56,649 bases of DNA from an uncultured Elusimicrobiaceae bacterium (GTDB lineage Bacteria > Elusimicrobiota > Elusimicrobia > Elusimicrobiales > UBA9959). Under the pieces are notes generated by a model. It was not told where the DNA came from. It did not search any database and saw nothing but the letters and a program-made list of their open reading frames with translations. Where the stretch lies: assembly GCA_964622585.1 (NCBI GenBank), contig CAZUQT010000002.1:1-56649 (forward strand). Reading direction: 5' to 3'. Made by a program: the position numbers and the translations under genes. Position 1 is the stretch's first letter. Each line of letters opens with the position of its first letter. This document shows positions 37,802-46,353 of this stretch, piece after piece.

Positions 37802-38440
37802 ATGAGCAGCCTGGAGCGGCCCGTAGACGAGGCGGTTAATTTTTTAACTCACGGCATCGGGCTCGTACTGAGCCTCGCCGGGGCGGCTTTCCTTATGCGC
37901 CTGGCGGTGACGGCGCACAGCCGGCCCGTCTCCATCGCCTGCGGCGTTTATTGCCTGACGCTGGTGGCCACTTACGCCGCATCGACGCTCTCCCACGCTT
38001 TCCACGACCTGGACCGCCGCCGTTTCTTCAGGACCGTGGACCAGGCCAGCATTTTCTTTTTGATCGCCGGGTCCTTCACCCCGTTCGCCGTCGGCTACCT
38101 GAACCACGGCCGCTGGTGGCTCCTGCTGGCTTCTATGTGGATCTTCGCTTTCGCGGGGGTGGCTTTCGTCCTGTTCAGAAAAGAGATGTCCCGCACCGAC
38201 AAGATCACCTACGGCGTCCTCGGCGCTCTGTCCATGCTTTCTTTCTGGGAGCTTTACCACGTGGCCCCGCTGAACATGCTGCTCCTGATAATAGCGGGGG
38301 AGGCTTTCTACCTGGCGGGCAGCGTTTTCCTCGCGCTGGGGAAAACCACTAAACATTTCCACGCGCTCTGGCATATCTTCGTGCTCGCCGGCAGCGCCTG
38401 TCACTATGCCGGCATAGCGGCGTACGTGGCCATCCGCTAG
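37802..38440 (+). CDS. hemolysin III / PAQR family channel protein
   Basis: 7-TM protein with NFLTHGIG, STLSHAF and HALWHIFVLAGSACHY motifs. Confidence 0.88.
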   Translation: MSSLERPVDEAVNFLTHGIGLVLSLAGAAFLMRLAVTAHSRPVSIACGVYCLTLVATYAASTLSHAFHDLDRRRFFRTVDQASIFFLIAGSFTPFAVGYLNHGRWWLLLASMWIFAFAGVAFVLFRKEMSRTDKITYGVLGALSMLSFWELYHVAPLNMLLLIIAGEAFYLAGSVFLALGKTTKHFHALWHIFVLAGSACHYAGIAAYVAIR

Positions 38441-38451
38441 AACACATCTAT

Positions 38452-38485
38452 AAAAAACGGCCGCCCCGAATGGGCGGCCTTTTTT
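38452..38485. terminator. bidirectional terminator between the hemolysin-III and coiled-coil genes
   Basis: A6-GGCCGCCC-CGAAT-GGGCGGCC-T6. Confidence 0.78.
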
Positions 38486-38507
38486 ATAACTTAACAGGCG
38501 GACCGGG

Positions 38508-39545
38508 CTATTTCCTCTCCTTCTCCTGCGCCGCCAGGTCGACTTTAAGGTTCTCTTTTTCAGCCCTGGCCGCGTCCAGCTCCCTGGTCAAGCGGGCTAA
38601 CTGGCGGTTCTTATCGTCCAGTTCGAGCCGAAGTATTTCCAGCCTGCGCCGGGAGTCGGCTCTTTCCTTGTACAATTCATCAGCGAGATCTTTTCCTGAG
38701 CTCCTCAGGGCCTCGATCTCGGCTTTGCTCTCTTTCAGCGCCGAGGCCGCGGATTTAGAGAACATTTCAAGCTCTGTTATTTTTATCAGGCCGGCTTCGC
38801 GCAGCGCTTTTACCTCGGCGTTCTCGCTCCTGGATTTTTCAAGCTCCAGGTTCAGATCGGCGGCTTCATGGCGTAGATGCCGGATAGTTTCTCCAAGCGA
38901 GAGGATCTCTTTATGCGCGGCCGCCAAAGCGATTTTCGCCTCCGCGCGCTCGCTTTCCAGCAGGGCGGTCTCTTCGGCCGCCCTGGCGCGGCTCTCCCGG
39001 GCAAGGGTCTCGCTCTCCGCTTTTTGCTTTTTCGCTTCCTCTTTCGCGGAGGAGGCTAAAGCTTCCAGTTTCAGCAGGCGCGCCTCGTAATCGGCGGCAA
39101 GGGCTTCCTTCCTGTCCAGCAGCGTCTGCATCTCGGCGCCGGCGCGGGCCGCCTCGGCCGCTTTAAGCCGGAGGCCGTCCCTCATTGTTTCGAGCTCTCC
39201 AAGAAGCCTTTTTTCCGCTTCGGCGGCGCCCGCCTCCAGCTTCCCGTAATTGAGCCTGAATTCCGCGCGTTCCCGGTCCAGTTCGGCCGTGAATTCGGCG
39301 GACTTTTTCATAAGCGCGCCGGCAAGGGCCGCGTTCTCTTCCTTGTATTTCTTAAGCTCCCCGTTCAGGGAAAGGATATTCCCGGTTTTCGAGGCCAGGT
39401 CCGTTTTTAATGTTTCAAGTTCGGAGGCGTCGGCTTCCTCCTGTTCCTTCAGTTCATCCAGGACCTGGGACTCCTCTACCAGCTGCTTTTGCATCAGGTT
39501 AAGCTTTGCTAGCGCCCTGCTTAAAATATTGGTTTTTTTATCCAT
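38508..39545 (-). CDS. coiled-coil protein (345 aa, E/A/K/L-rich)
   Basis: Continuous heptad-like sequence. The overlapping plus-strand Ser-rich ORF 38470..39090 is its shadow. Confidence 0.65.
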   Translation of the reverse strand: MDKKTNILSRALAKLNLMQKQLVEESQVLDELKEQEEADASELETLKTDLASKTGNILSLNGELKKYKEENAALAGALMKKSAEFTAELDRERAEFRLNYGKLEAGAAEAEKRLLGELETMRDGLRLKAAEAARAGAEMQTLLDRKEALAADYEARLLKLEALASSAKEEAKKQKAESETLARESRARAAEETALLESERAEAKIALAAAHKEILSLGETIRHLRHEAADLNLELEKSRSENAEVKALREAGLIKITELEMFSKSAASALKESKAEIEALRSSGKDLADELYKERADSRRRLEILRLELDDKNRQLARLTRELDAARAEKENLKVDLAAQEKERK

Positions 39546-39684
39546 AAACGCATGTTGAGCGACGCTGTTGAGATCAATATTGAGGAAATAAAGGCGGATA
39601 TTCTATTTCGTTCAAGCTATATTATATCAAGTATGGACGGCCGGCATTGGCGAACCGGACTGATTATGGTGTAAACTTTCAGCT

Positions 39685-40497
39685 ATGAGAAGCCCGCTTT
39701 TCGACGCCCATAACCACCTGCAGGATTACCCGGATAAGGCTAAATTGACGGAGGCCCTGCGCCTTGCCGCGGAGGCAGGCGTAGAATTAATGCTTTGTAA
39801 CGGGACCAGTCCCGGTGACTGGGAAGCCGTGCTTGCCCTGGCGGCGGAGAACAAGGGTGTGATCCCCTGTTTCGGCCTGCACCCCTGGTTCATCAAGGAA
39901 GGCGCTCCCGGCTGGCTCGAGGGGCTCGAAAGTTTCCTGCTGCGCGTTCCTTCCTGCGTCGGGGAGATAGGCCTGGACGGCGGGGGGAACGCCACCGACC
40001 TCGCGCGCCAGGAGGGCGTCTTCACCGCCCAGCTGCGCCTGGCCAAAAAGCTCGGCCGCCCCGCCTGCCTGCACTGCGTAAAAGCGTGGGGGAGGATGCG
40101 GGAGATAATAAAGGAGGAGGCGCCGGGCGCCTTTATGTTCCACTCCTACGGGGGGCCGCCGGAGATGGCGGCCGAGTTCTCTTCGCTCGGCGCTTATTTT
40201 TCTTTCAGCGGGGCGATAATGGACAAGAAGAGGGAGAAGCTCAGGCGCGCGCTCCTGGCCGTGCCGGCGGAGAGGCTGCTTTTCGAGACCGAAGCTCCGG
40301 ACGCCGACGCCCCCGGCTGGCGCGCGGGTCCCGCCGGCGTAGTGGAAGTCATCTCCGCCGCCGCCGCGATCTTGGGCCGGCCGGCGGAGGAACTCTCGGC
40401 TCTTTCCTGGGCCAACGGCAATAAATTTATCGGCGATATCCGGGATCAGGTTAAAGAAATGAAAGCGCCCGGTGAGACCGAACCTACGGGACTTTGA
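39685..40497 (+). CDS. TatD-family metal-dependent hydrolase
   Basis: FDAHNHL N-terminal metal motif, GEIGLD, LHCV and FHSYGG segments. Confidence 0.82.
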   Translation: MRSPLFDAHNHLQDYPDKAKLTEALRLAAEAGVELMLCNGTSPGDWEAVLALAAENKGVIPCFGLHPWFIKEGAPGWLEGLESFLLRVPSCVGEIGLDGGGNATDLARQEGVFTAQLRLAKKLGRPACLHCVKAWGRMREIIKEEAPGAFMFHSYGGPPEMAAEFSSLGAYFSFSGAIMDKKREKLRRALLAVPAERLLFETEAPDADAPGWRAGPAGVVEVISAAAAILGRPAEELSALSWANGNKFIGDIRDQVKEMKAPGETEPTGL

Positions 40498-40521
40498 TGC
40501 CGCGTCTTTCGAGCGCCGCCT

Positions 40522-40713
40522 TTATTTCGGCCGGGGAATGACTGCCGACCAGAGCTCTGTAGGAAAAGTGTTTGTGTCGGCCGGCTCCGAGCCGCGCTGA
40601 TAGAGCAGCGAGCCCAGCAGGCAGGCCAGGATCCCGCCGAAGACGGCAGCCGCCAAAGCGATAAAGAACGAGCGCCGAACCCTGAAACCTCCTTTCTTTC
40701 TTTTCCAGGGCAT
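40522..40713 (-). CDS. possible small membrane protein
   Basis: Its ATG directly abuts the stop of the upstream hydrolase gene. Basic N-terminus plus one TM helix (FFIALAAAVFGGILACLLGSLL). Weak support only. Confidence 0.35.
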   Translation of the reverse strand: MPWKRKKGGFRVRRSFFIALAAAVFGGILACLLGSLLYQRGSEPADTNTFPTELWSAVIPRPK

Positions 40714-41430
40714 TTATTTGTCACCCAGCCAGTTAAAGATCGCCGGGATTATCGAAGGAGTTTTTAACATGTTCACGCCGTGCCCGGTGGCGGCTTCGAG
40801 CGAGTAGGCCGACAGGCCCCTCTCCATGGCCGCCCGGTTAAGCTTCAGCACGCTTTCCCAGGCGTAGACGTCATTGCGCGCCGCCACGCTCAGGATCTGG
40901 AAATCCCTGGGCGCCGAAAAATAGCTTTCCGTCTTTACCCCCGCGTATTCTATCCCCGGCGAAAGAAGGACCACCGCCGCCGGCTTTATAGCCCCGGTGG
41001 CGGCCGCTTTAAGGGCGAGGTTGGCGCCGACGCTCGCGCCGCAGTAGACCATCTTTTCCGGCGACAGCCCCCGCTTTTTAAGCCAGGCCGCCGCCGCCTC
41101 GATGTCCAGGGAAACTTTGTTCCAGTCCTCTTCCGAAAAGAACATATATTTCGTCTCTTTGCCTTTGCAGGTCCTGCTTTTCCCGTGGCCGCGCAGGTCC
41201 AGGGAGAGGTAGCCGTAGCCCGCGCTTTTAAGCTTTTCCTGGAAAAGGCCCCATTCGTTCTTGTCCGAGCCCAGCCCGTGCGCGTTTATAAAAATATACG
41301 AGCCCGAGGACGGCGCCAGGTAAAAAGCTTCCAGCCGGCACCCGTCGGGCGTATTGAAGCGCACCGTCCTCTGCTGGGAAAAAGCGGGCCCGCAGGCGAA
41401 GAGCAGAGCGGCAAGAAATAAATAGCGCAT
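40714..41430 (-). CDS. secreted alpha/beta hydrolase
   Basis: Signal peptide MRYLFLAALLFACGPAFS from the ATG at 41430 (alternative ATG at 41469). HG oxyanion region INAHGLGSD and nucleophile elbow GASVG. Confidence 0.78.
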   Translation of the reverse strand: MRYLFLAALLFACGPAFSQQRTVRFNTPDGCRLEAFYLAPSSGSYIFINAHGLGSDKNEWGLFQEKLKSAGYGYLSLDLRGHGKSRTCKGKETKYMFFSEEDWNKVSLDIEAAAAWLKKRGLSPEKMVYCGASVGANLALKAAATGAIKPAAVVLLSPGIEYAGVKTESYFSAPRDFQILSVAARNDVYAWESVLKLNRAAMERGLSAYSLEAATGHGVNMLKTPSIIPAIFNWLGDK

Positions 41431-41459
41431 AAAATTATTTAACTCCCGGGGCGGCGCTC

Positions 41460-42758
41460 TCAAGAGCATTCCTTTCGGTCCTGGTTCTCCGCTTCGGCCG
41501 GTTCCCCGCCGAAAGAAAGCACGAGATTCATCATCACCGCGAGCACGGTTCCGAAAGCTATGCCGGCGATGTTCACGCCGCCGGCCGTAAAGCCTTTTAC
41601 GCCGAGGCCGGTGGAAATGATTATGGAGGAGCCCGCTATGATCAGGTTCTTATGCAGGCAGAAGTCCACTTTCGCGTCCATCCAGATCTTTATCCCCATT
41701 ATGGCGATAAGCCCGTAAAGGATGACGGTGACCCCGCCCAGCACCGGGGCGGGCACGGACTGGATGACCGCGCCGAACTTTGGGCAGAGCCCGAGAAGCA
41801 GCGCGATGCAGGCCGCGGCGATGAAGTTATAGATGCTGAAAACGCGGGTGATGGCCATCACGCCCATGTTCTCGGCGTAGGTGGTCTGCGGCGTGCCCCC
41901 GCCCATGGCCGAGACGAAGGTGGCCGCGGCGTCCCCCAGGTAGGCGCGCCCGAGATGCGGGTTGAGGTCGCGCTTCATATAGCCGGAGATGGCCTCTATA
42001 TGGCCTTTATTTTCAGCCACCAGCACCACGAAGACCGGCGCTATCACCAGTACGGCCTCGAAGCTGAACGCCGGCGCTATGAAAGGCGGCAGACCTATCC
42101 AGGGGGCGCTCCTTATCGCGGCCAGGCTGGCCAGGTCTATTATGCCGAGGAAAAAAGAGAGGGCGTACCCTACGACCACGCCGGTAAGTATCGGCAGGAG
42201 GCGCAGGAAACCTTTAAGATAGATAGAGACCGAGGCCGCGGTCACGAAAGTGGCGCCGGCCACCAGCAGCCTGCGCGCGTCGTCGTTCGTGGCCAGGCGG
42301 AAGTCCTCGTTGAGGAAATTCGAGACGGCCGAGGAGGAAAGGTTCAGGCCGATCAGGGCCACGACGGCGCCCGTTACTACCGGCGGCATCAGGCGGTCTA
42401 TCCACTTCGAGCCGTATTTCACGGTGGCCGCGCCTGCCAGGGCGTAAAGGACGGCGGCGCCGGCGATACCCGACAGCGCGTAGGGGATATTTTCTGACAG
42501 GCCGCCGGTCACGGCGAGCACCGGCCCTATAAAAGCGAAGGAGGACCCCAGGTAGCTCGGAACCTTGGCGCGCGTAATGGCGATAAAGAGCAGCGTGCCC
42601 GCTCCGGAAAAGAAAATGGCCGTCTGGGGATTGAAGCCCATCAAAATTGGGGCCAGCACCGTCGCCCCGAACATGGCCACCACGTGCTGCATCCCCATGG
42701 GCACCAGCCGCGAAAGCGGCAGCTTGTCTTCAGGATAATATATTTTATGCATGGTCAC
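41460..42758 (-). CDS. uracil/xanthine permease (NCS2 family)
   Basis: GMQHVVAMFGATVLAPILMG and the ...TTYAENMGVMAITRV signature region; about 12 TM helices. Confidence 0.9.
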   Translation of the reverse strand: MTMHKIYYPEDKLPLSRLVPMGMQHVVAMFGATVLAPILMGFNPQTAIFFSGAGTLLFIAITRAKVPSYLGSSFAFIGPVLAVTGGLSENIPYALSGIAGAAVLYALAGAATVKYGSKWIDRLMPPVVTGAVVALIGLNLSSSAVSNFLNEDFRLATNDDARRLLVAGATFVTAASVSIYLKGFLRLLPILTGVVVGYALSFFLGIIDLASLAAIRSAPWIGLPPFIAPAFSFEAVLVIAPVFVVLVAENKGHIEAISGYMKRDLNPHLGRAYLGDAAATFVSAMGGGTPQTTYAENMGVMAITRVFSIYNFIAAACIALLLGLCPKFGAVIQSVPAPVLGGVTVILYGLIAIMGIKIWMDAKVDFCLHKNLIIAGSSIIISTGLGVKGFTAGGVNIAGIAFGTVLAVMMNLVLSFGGEPAEAENQDRKECS

Positions 42759-42908
42759 CCCTAAGGTAATAATATTATTAATGGCGGTGAAGGTAAAGAG
42801 GGGGTTGACCAGGCGCTTAAAGTTATTTAACTTGTGCTTAAAGGGGCGCTTTCATCCGCTGAAAGCGCGCAGCCCTCTTAAAATATAAGCCGCCGGCCAG
42901 GGGGAATT

Positions 42909-43703
42909 ATGAGAAAGCGTTCCTGCTTCGTGAAGAGCGTTTTTTGCGCGGCGTTCTGCGCCGCCCTGCTGGCGCCGGCGGCGCGCGGCGAGGACTGGAA
43001 ATTCAGCTCCTCTTTCAATTTCGACACTGGCAAGTACGGCGGCGGCGACCGGATAGATTCCGTCTATATTCCCTTCACCCTGAAACGCTATTACACGGAG
43101 GGAGACATCGCCGTGACCGTGCCTTACCTGCGCCAGAGCTCGACGGGGCAGGTGACCCGCGTCGGGGGCAGCCCTATGCGCGCGGTCAGGGGTGGCGGCG
43201 GCGTCCTGACCTCCTCCGAGTCCGGCCCCGGGGACATCCTGGTGAGGGGAACCTATATCGTGCAGAACGAGGGGCCGCGCTCCTGCGACCTCTCGCTGGC
43301 GGGAACGCTGAAGCTGCCGACCGCGAACAAGAACAAAGGGCTCGGCACCGGGGAGCTGGACGAGGGGGTCGGGGTAGAGTTCGCGAAAAAAGTGTCGCCC
43401 GGCTGGACGGTGCTGGCCGACGGGTATTACACCATAATCGGAGATACCTCCGGGATCGACTTTAACAACCAGCTCTCTTTCGACGCGGGCTTTTCCCGCC
43501 GGCTGCGGGAGGACCTCTGGCTGACCGCGCTTTACGCTACGCGCAGCGCACTGCTGGACGGGAACGCCGACCCGAGGGAGCTAAGCGGCACGCTGGACTA
43601 CCGGGCCGCGGACGGGAAACATTATTTCTGCGGCCTGCTTTTAGGGCTTTCCGACGGCAGCCCGGAGACGGGGTTCAGCGCCGGGTTCAGCCTGAAGTTT
43701 TAG
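42909..43703 (+). CDS. outer-membrane beta-barrel protein (MetA-pathway/transporter-like family)
   Basis: Signal peptide, alternating beta-strand pattern, GPGDILVRGTY and GTGELDEGVG segments, C-terminal ...FSLKF. Confidence 0.7.
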   Translation: MRKRSCFVKSVFCAAFCAALLAPAARGEDWKFSSSFNFDTGKYGGGDRIDSVYIPFTLKRYYTEGDIAVTVPYLRQSSTGQVTRVGGSPMRAVRGGGGVLTSSESGPGDILVRGTYIVQNEGPRSCDLSLAGTLKLPTANKNKGLGTGELDEGVGVEFAKKVSPGWTVLADGYYTIIGDTSGIDFNNQLSFDAGFSRRLREDLWLTALYATRSALLDGNADPRELSGTLDYRAADGKHYFCGLLLGLSDGSPETGFSAGFSLKF

Positions 43704-43728
43704 CGACTGAAAAAATAAAGGGGGGAAA

Positions 43729-44286
43729 ATGAAGAACAAAGAAATGCGGCTGCTGGCGGCGGGGCTTTTCCTTTGCGCGGTCATGCCGGTGCTGGCGCAG
43801 GAAAAATCGTCCGAAGATAAGAAACTGGAAAAAGCCTCGGTCGAACTTGACAACGAGGCCGGAAAGCCTGAAGGCGGAAAAACGGTGACGGACAAGCTGA
43901 AAGCGGAGTTCGGCGTGGACGAAGCGCGGATACAGGGCCTGCGCGACCAGAAACTGGGCTACGGGGAAGTCTCCACCGCTCTGTCGCTGGCCCAGGGCCT
44001 GCCGGGCGGCATCACCGACGCCAACGTGCAGAAAGTGATGGCGCTGCGCCAGGGACCCCCGGTCATGGGCTGGGGAAAAGTGGCTAAAGAGCTGGGGATG
44101 AACCTGGGCTCCGTTACGAGCAAGGTAAAAAAAGTCTCGGCCGAAGCCCGCAAACAGGGCAAAGCCGACAAGATGAAGAAAGTAGAAAAAGGCGAGAGAC
44201 CGGGAAAGCCCGAACGCCATGAAAAACCGGAAAAAATGAACCGGCCCGAAAAAGGCGGGCGCCCCGAAGGCGCGGGGAAGCATTAA
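43729..44286 (+). CDS. secreted Lys/Glu-rich hypothetical protein
   Basis: GGGGGGAAA SD sequence, signal peptide and a KPEK-type repeat tail. Followed by a strong terminator. Confidence 0.6.
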   Translation: MKNKEMRLLAAGLFLCAVMPVLAQEKSSEDKKLEKASVELDNEAGKPEGGKTVTDKLKAEFGVDEARIQGLRDQKLGYGEVSTALSLAQGLPGGITDANVQKVMALRQGPPVMGWGKVAKELGMNLGSVTSKVKKVSAEARKQGKADKMKKVEKGERPGKPERHEKPEKMNRPEKGGRPEGAGKH

Positions 44287-44302
44287 AAGAACCGGCAAGA
44301 GA

Positions 44303-44330
44303 GGCGCGGCCGGGTGGCCGCGCCCTTTTT
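44303..44330 (+). terminator. rho-independent terminator
   Basis: GGCGCGGCC-GGGT-GGCCGCGCC followed by CTTTTT. Confidence 0.78.
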
Positions 44331-44367
44331 CCGGCCGCCGGACCCGGGATAACCGGGGGATAGCGGT

Positions 44368-44661
44368 TTATTTTTTGAAATAATGCTTAAGGGTGAGCAG
44401 CGGGTGGCGCAGCGGCATGCGGGGGCCGGCGTATTTCATGACTTCACGCATGAGCTCGCGCTTCGCCGGAAGATAGCAGTGCGTGGGGCAGTTCTTGCAG
44501 GCTGGCTTCGGGTGATGGGGGCATTTCGCTAGCCTGACCTCCGCGTAGGAAAGGAGTTCCGCGCAGCCGGCGCAAAGGGTTTTCCCGCCGTGCTTTCCGC
44601 GGCAGTAAATAGCCAGCATCAGCCCGATGGTTCGTAATTCCGCTTCAAGGTCTTTTCCCAC
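44368..44661 (-). CDS. nitrous-oxide-stimulated promoter (YgbA_NO) family Cys-rich protein
   Basis: CRGKHGG..LCAGC...CPHHPKPACKNCPTHCY cysteine pattern. GTG start. Confidence 0.75.
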   Translation of the reverse strand: MGKDLEAELRTIGLMLAIYCRGKHGGKTLCAGCAELLSYAEVRLAKCPHHPKPACKNCPTHCYLPAKRELMREVMKYAGPRMPLRHPLLTLKHYFKK

Positions 44662-44695
44662 TCAAATATTATACGTAATAAAAGCCGGAGCCCTT

Positions 44696-44731
44696 TTGAC
44701 TCGGCGGGCGGCATATCCTAGAATCTAGCTA
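44696..44731 (+). promoter_or_regulatory. promoter/operator cassette copy A: TTGACT-N17-TAGAAT-N6-ATG (PilZ), with the embedded palindrome CTAGAATCTAG at 44718-44728
   Basis: Read directly. 25 of 26 nt (CATATCCTAGAATCTAGCTATGGA region) are shared with copy C. Confidence 0.6.
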
Positions 44732-45051
44732 TGGAAGGAAAAGATAAAAGACAGGCTGAAAGGAACAACCACGATTCGGTCATAGAGCTCTTCGACGAGA
44801 AGGGAAAATTCTTCGCTTCCGGCAGGCTGGCCGATTTTTCCGACCTTGGCGCTTCTTTTTCTATCGCCGAGCCGGTAGTGCTGCCGGCAAAGTTCCGCGC
44901 GCGCCTCAGGCTGCTGAGCAAGGGCGTGCTCGAGGCCGAAGCCCAGGTGGTCAGGACCCGCAAAGAAAAGAACACCACCCACTACGCCGTAAAATTTAAC
45001 GGCGTTAAAAGGGTCCATCCCACCGGCGAGCTCAAAGACACCTGGCAGTAA
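44731..45051 (+). CDS. PilZ domain protein (putative c-di-GMP receptor)
   Basis: 106 aa with a basic N-terminal stretch (KRQAERNNHD) and a DxSxxG-type motif (DFSDLGASF). Confidence 0.7.
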   Translation: MEGKDKRQAERNNHDSVIELFDEKGKFFASGRLADFSDLGASFSIAEPVVLPAKFRARLRLLSKGVLEAEAQVVRTRKEKNTTHYAVKFNGVKRVHPTGELKDTWQ

Positions 45052-45091
45052 ACCGGCCCCGCCGGGCAGAGGCTGGACGGCCGCGGATCCT

Positions 45092-46141
45092 ATGCCGAAA
45101 CAAAGCCTTAAAAAACAACTTTTTATTTACGCGCCGATAGCTCTCTCGCTCGGTATACTCGCCGTTTTGGTCTATCCCAATCTGGAAGCGCTGCTTGCCG
45201 CCGTAAAGACCGCAAAACCTTTCTACCTGTTCTGCTCCCTCTTCTTTTCCTTCGCCGGCTATCTGTTCATGGGCCTGGCCCTCTGGGAAGTTCTCAAGAT
45301 CCTCGGCCACCGCCTGCCTTTCTGGGAGGCTTCGGGCATCGTTTTCGTTTCCACCACGGTGAACTATTTCGTCTCCTCGGCCGGGGTGAGCGGTTTCGCC
45401 ACCAGGGCGCATTTGCTGAGCAAGCGCAATGTCCCCTACGGGATAAGCGTGACCTCCTCGGTGGTCATCAGCGTCTTCATCTACCTGGTTCTGGCCGCGA
45501 TAATACTTGAAGGGATGCTGCTGCAGATGCTCCTTTCCAGCAGCTACGGGATAAACGTTTTCGAGGGCGTAGCCGGCGTCCTTTTCGTTCTCACTTTCGC
45601 TTTCGTTCTGGTCATGCTCTTCTTCAGTCATGAACTCAGGACGGCCTGGGCCCGGAGGCTTTACCACCTGGTGAACCACCTGATGTACTTCTTCTCTAAG
45701 AAAACGATACCCGAGGAGACCTTTCTGCAGTTTGAAACCCAGCTGGCCGGCGGGATACATACGATACAGGCCCGGAGGTACGAGCTGCCGCTGGTCCTGG
45801 GCTATATCTGCCTGGACTGGGTGAGCAATATCCTCATCCTCCATTACGCTTTCAGGTCCGTGGACGCGCATATGCACACGAGCACGCTTATCATAGGCTT
45901 CGCTTTGGGCCAGCTAATGACGATAATCCCGATCCTGCCCGGCGGCCTGGGCGCGATGGAGGCCGCGATGACCGCGGCTTTCTCCGGCATGGGCATCCCG
46001 GTCGGGAAGGCACTCGCGGCGAGCCTTATCTTCAGGCTTTTCTATTACATTATCCCGGCCCTGGCCAGCGTCTTCGTCTACTGGTACCTGCGCGTCTCCG
46101 AACCGCGTTATGCCAGGCGCAAAGAAGATCCCCTCCCTTAG
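45092..46141 (+). CDS. flippase-like / lysylphosphatidylglycerol-synthase-TM (UPF0104) family membrane protein
   Basis: About 8 TM helices with the C-terminal IPILPGGLGAMEAAM motif typical of this family. Confidence 0.78.
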   Translation: MPKQSLKKQLFIYAPIALSLGILAVLVYPNLEALLAAVKTAKPFYLFCSLFFSFAGYLFMGLALWEVLKILGHRLPFWEASGIVFVSTTVNYFVSSAGVSGFATRAHLLSKRNVPYGISVTSSVVISVFIYLVLAAIILEGMLLQMLLSSSYGINVFEGVAGVLFVLTFAFVLVMLFFSHELRTAWARRLYHLVNHLMYFFSKKTIPEETFLQFETQLAGGIHTIQARRYELPLVLGYICLDWVSNILILHYAFRSVDAHMHTSTLIIGFALGQLMTIIPILPGGLGAMEAAMTAAFSGMGIPVGKALAASLIFRLFYYIIPALASVFVYWYLRVSEPRYARRKEDPLP

Positions 46142-46162
46142 AAGCCTTTTCCGCCTCCTCCT

Positions 46163-46255
46163 CCCTTTACTGCTGACCAGGCATATCCTAGAATCTGGCT
46201 ATGGACAAAGGTATCTCGGCCCGGGAGATACCGCTCAAGGGAGTGGCCCTCCTCG
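46163..46255 (+). repeat. left direct repeat bracketing the accessory block
   Basis: By eye about 80% identical to 53391-53457 plus 53519-53546. Confidence 0.65.
46166..46201 (+). promoter_or_regulatory. promoter/operator cassette copy B: TTTACT-N17-TAGAAT-N6-ATG (relic micro-ORF)
   Basis: Same geometry. The palindrome is degenerate (CTAGAATCTGG, 46188-46198). Confidence 0.5.
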
Positions 46256-46263
46256 GTAAATAA
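46201..46263 (+). pseudogene. 20-codon relic of the 5' end of the nucleotidyltransferase gene found intact at 53429
   Basis: MDKGISAREIPLKGVALLGK* aligns with MDKAIAAREI[20 aa]IPLKGAALLELG of 53429..54277 (61-nt internal deletion). It is preceded by the same promoter cassette. Confidence 0.6.
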
Positions 46264-46353
46264 AGAGTGCTGCGCCCGGCTGTTGCGGGCGTGTCACACG
46301 GAGGGGCTTTGCTTGCCTGGATGCCGACAGTGGTGGGATCAATGGCGGTTTGT

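Noticed and set aside
38470-39090. 206-aa Ser/Ala/Arg-rich plus-strand ORF
   Set aside because: It is the mirror image of the E/A/K/L coiled-coil gene on the minus strand. The coiled-coil reading is the biologically sensible one, and a bidirectional terminator sits just downstream of its 3' end (38452-38485).
41652-42497. 281-aa plus-strand ORF opposite the uracil permease gene; similarly 45032..45877(-) opposite the flippase-like gene and 53423..54190(-) opposite the nucleotidyltransferase gene
   Set aside because: Shadow ORFs with R/G/H/D-rich low-complexity translations. The opposite-strand genes have clear family signatures.
42759-42908. Hairpin GCGCTTTCA-TCCGC-TGAAAGCGC in the divergent uracil-permease / OMP intergenic region as a pyrimidine-responsive attenuator
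   Set aside because: It is a single short hairpin with no U-tract, no alternative pairing and no known binding motif. The evidence is insufficient.
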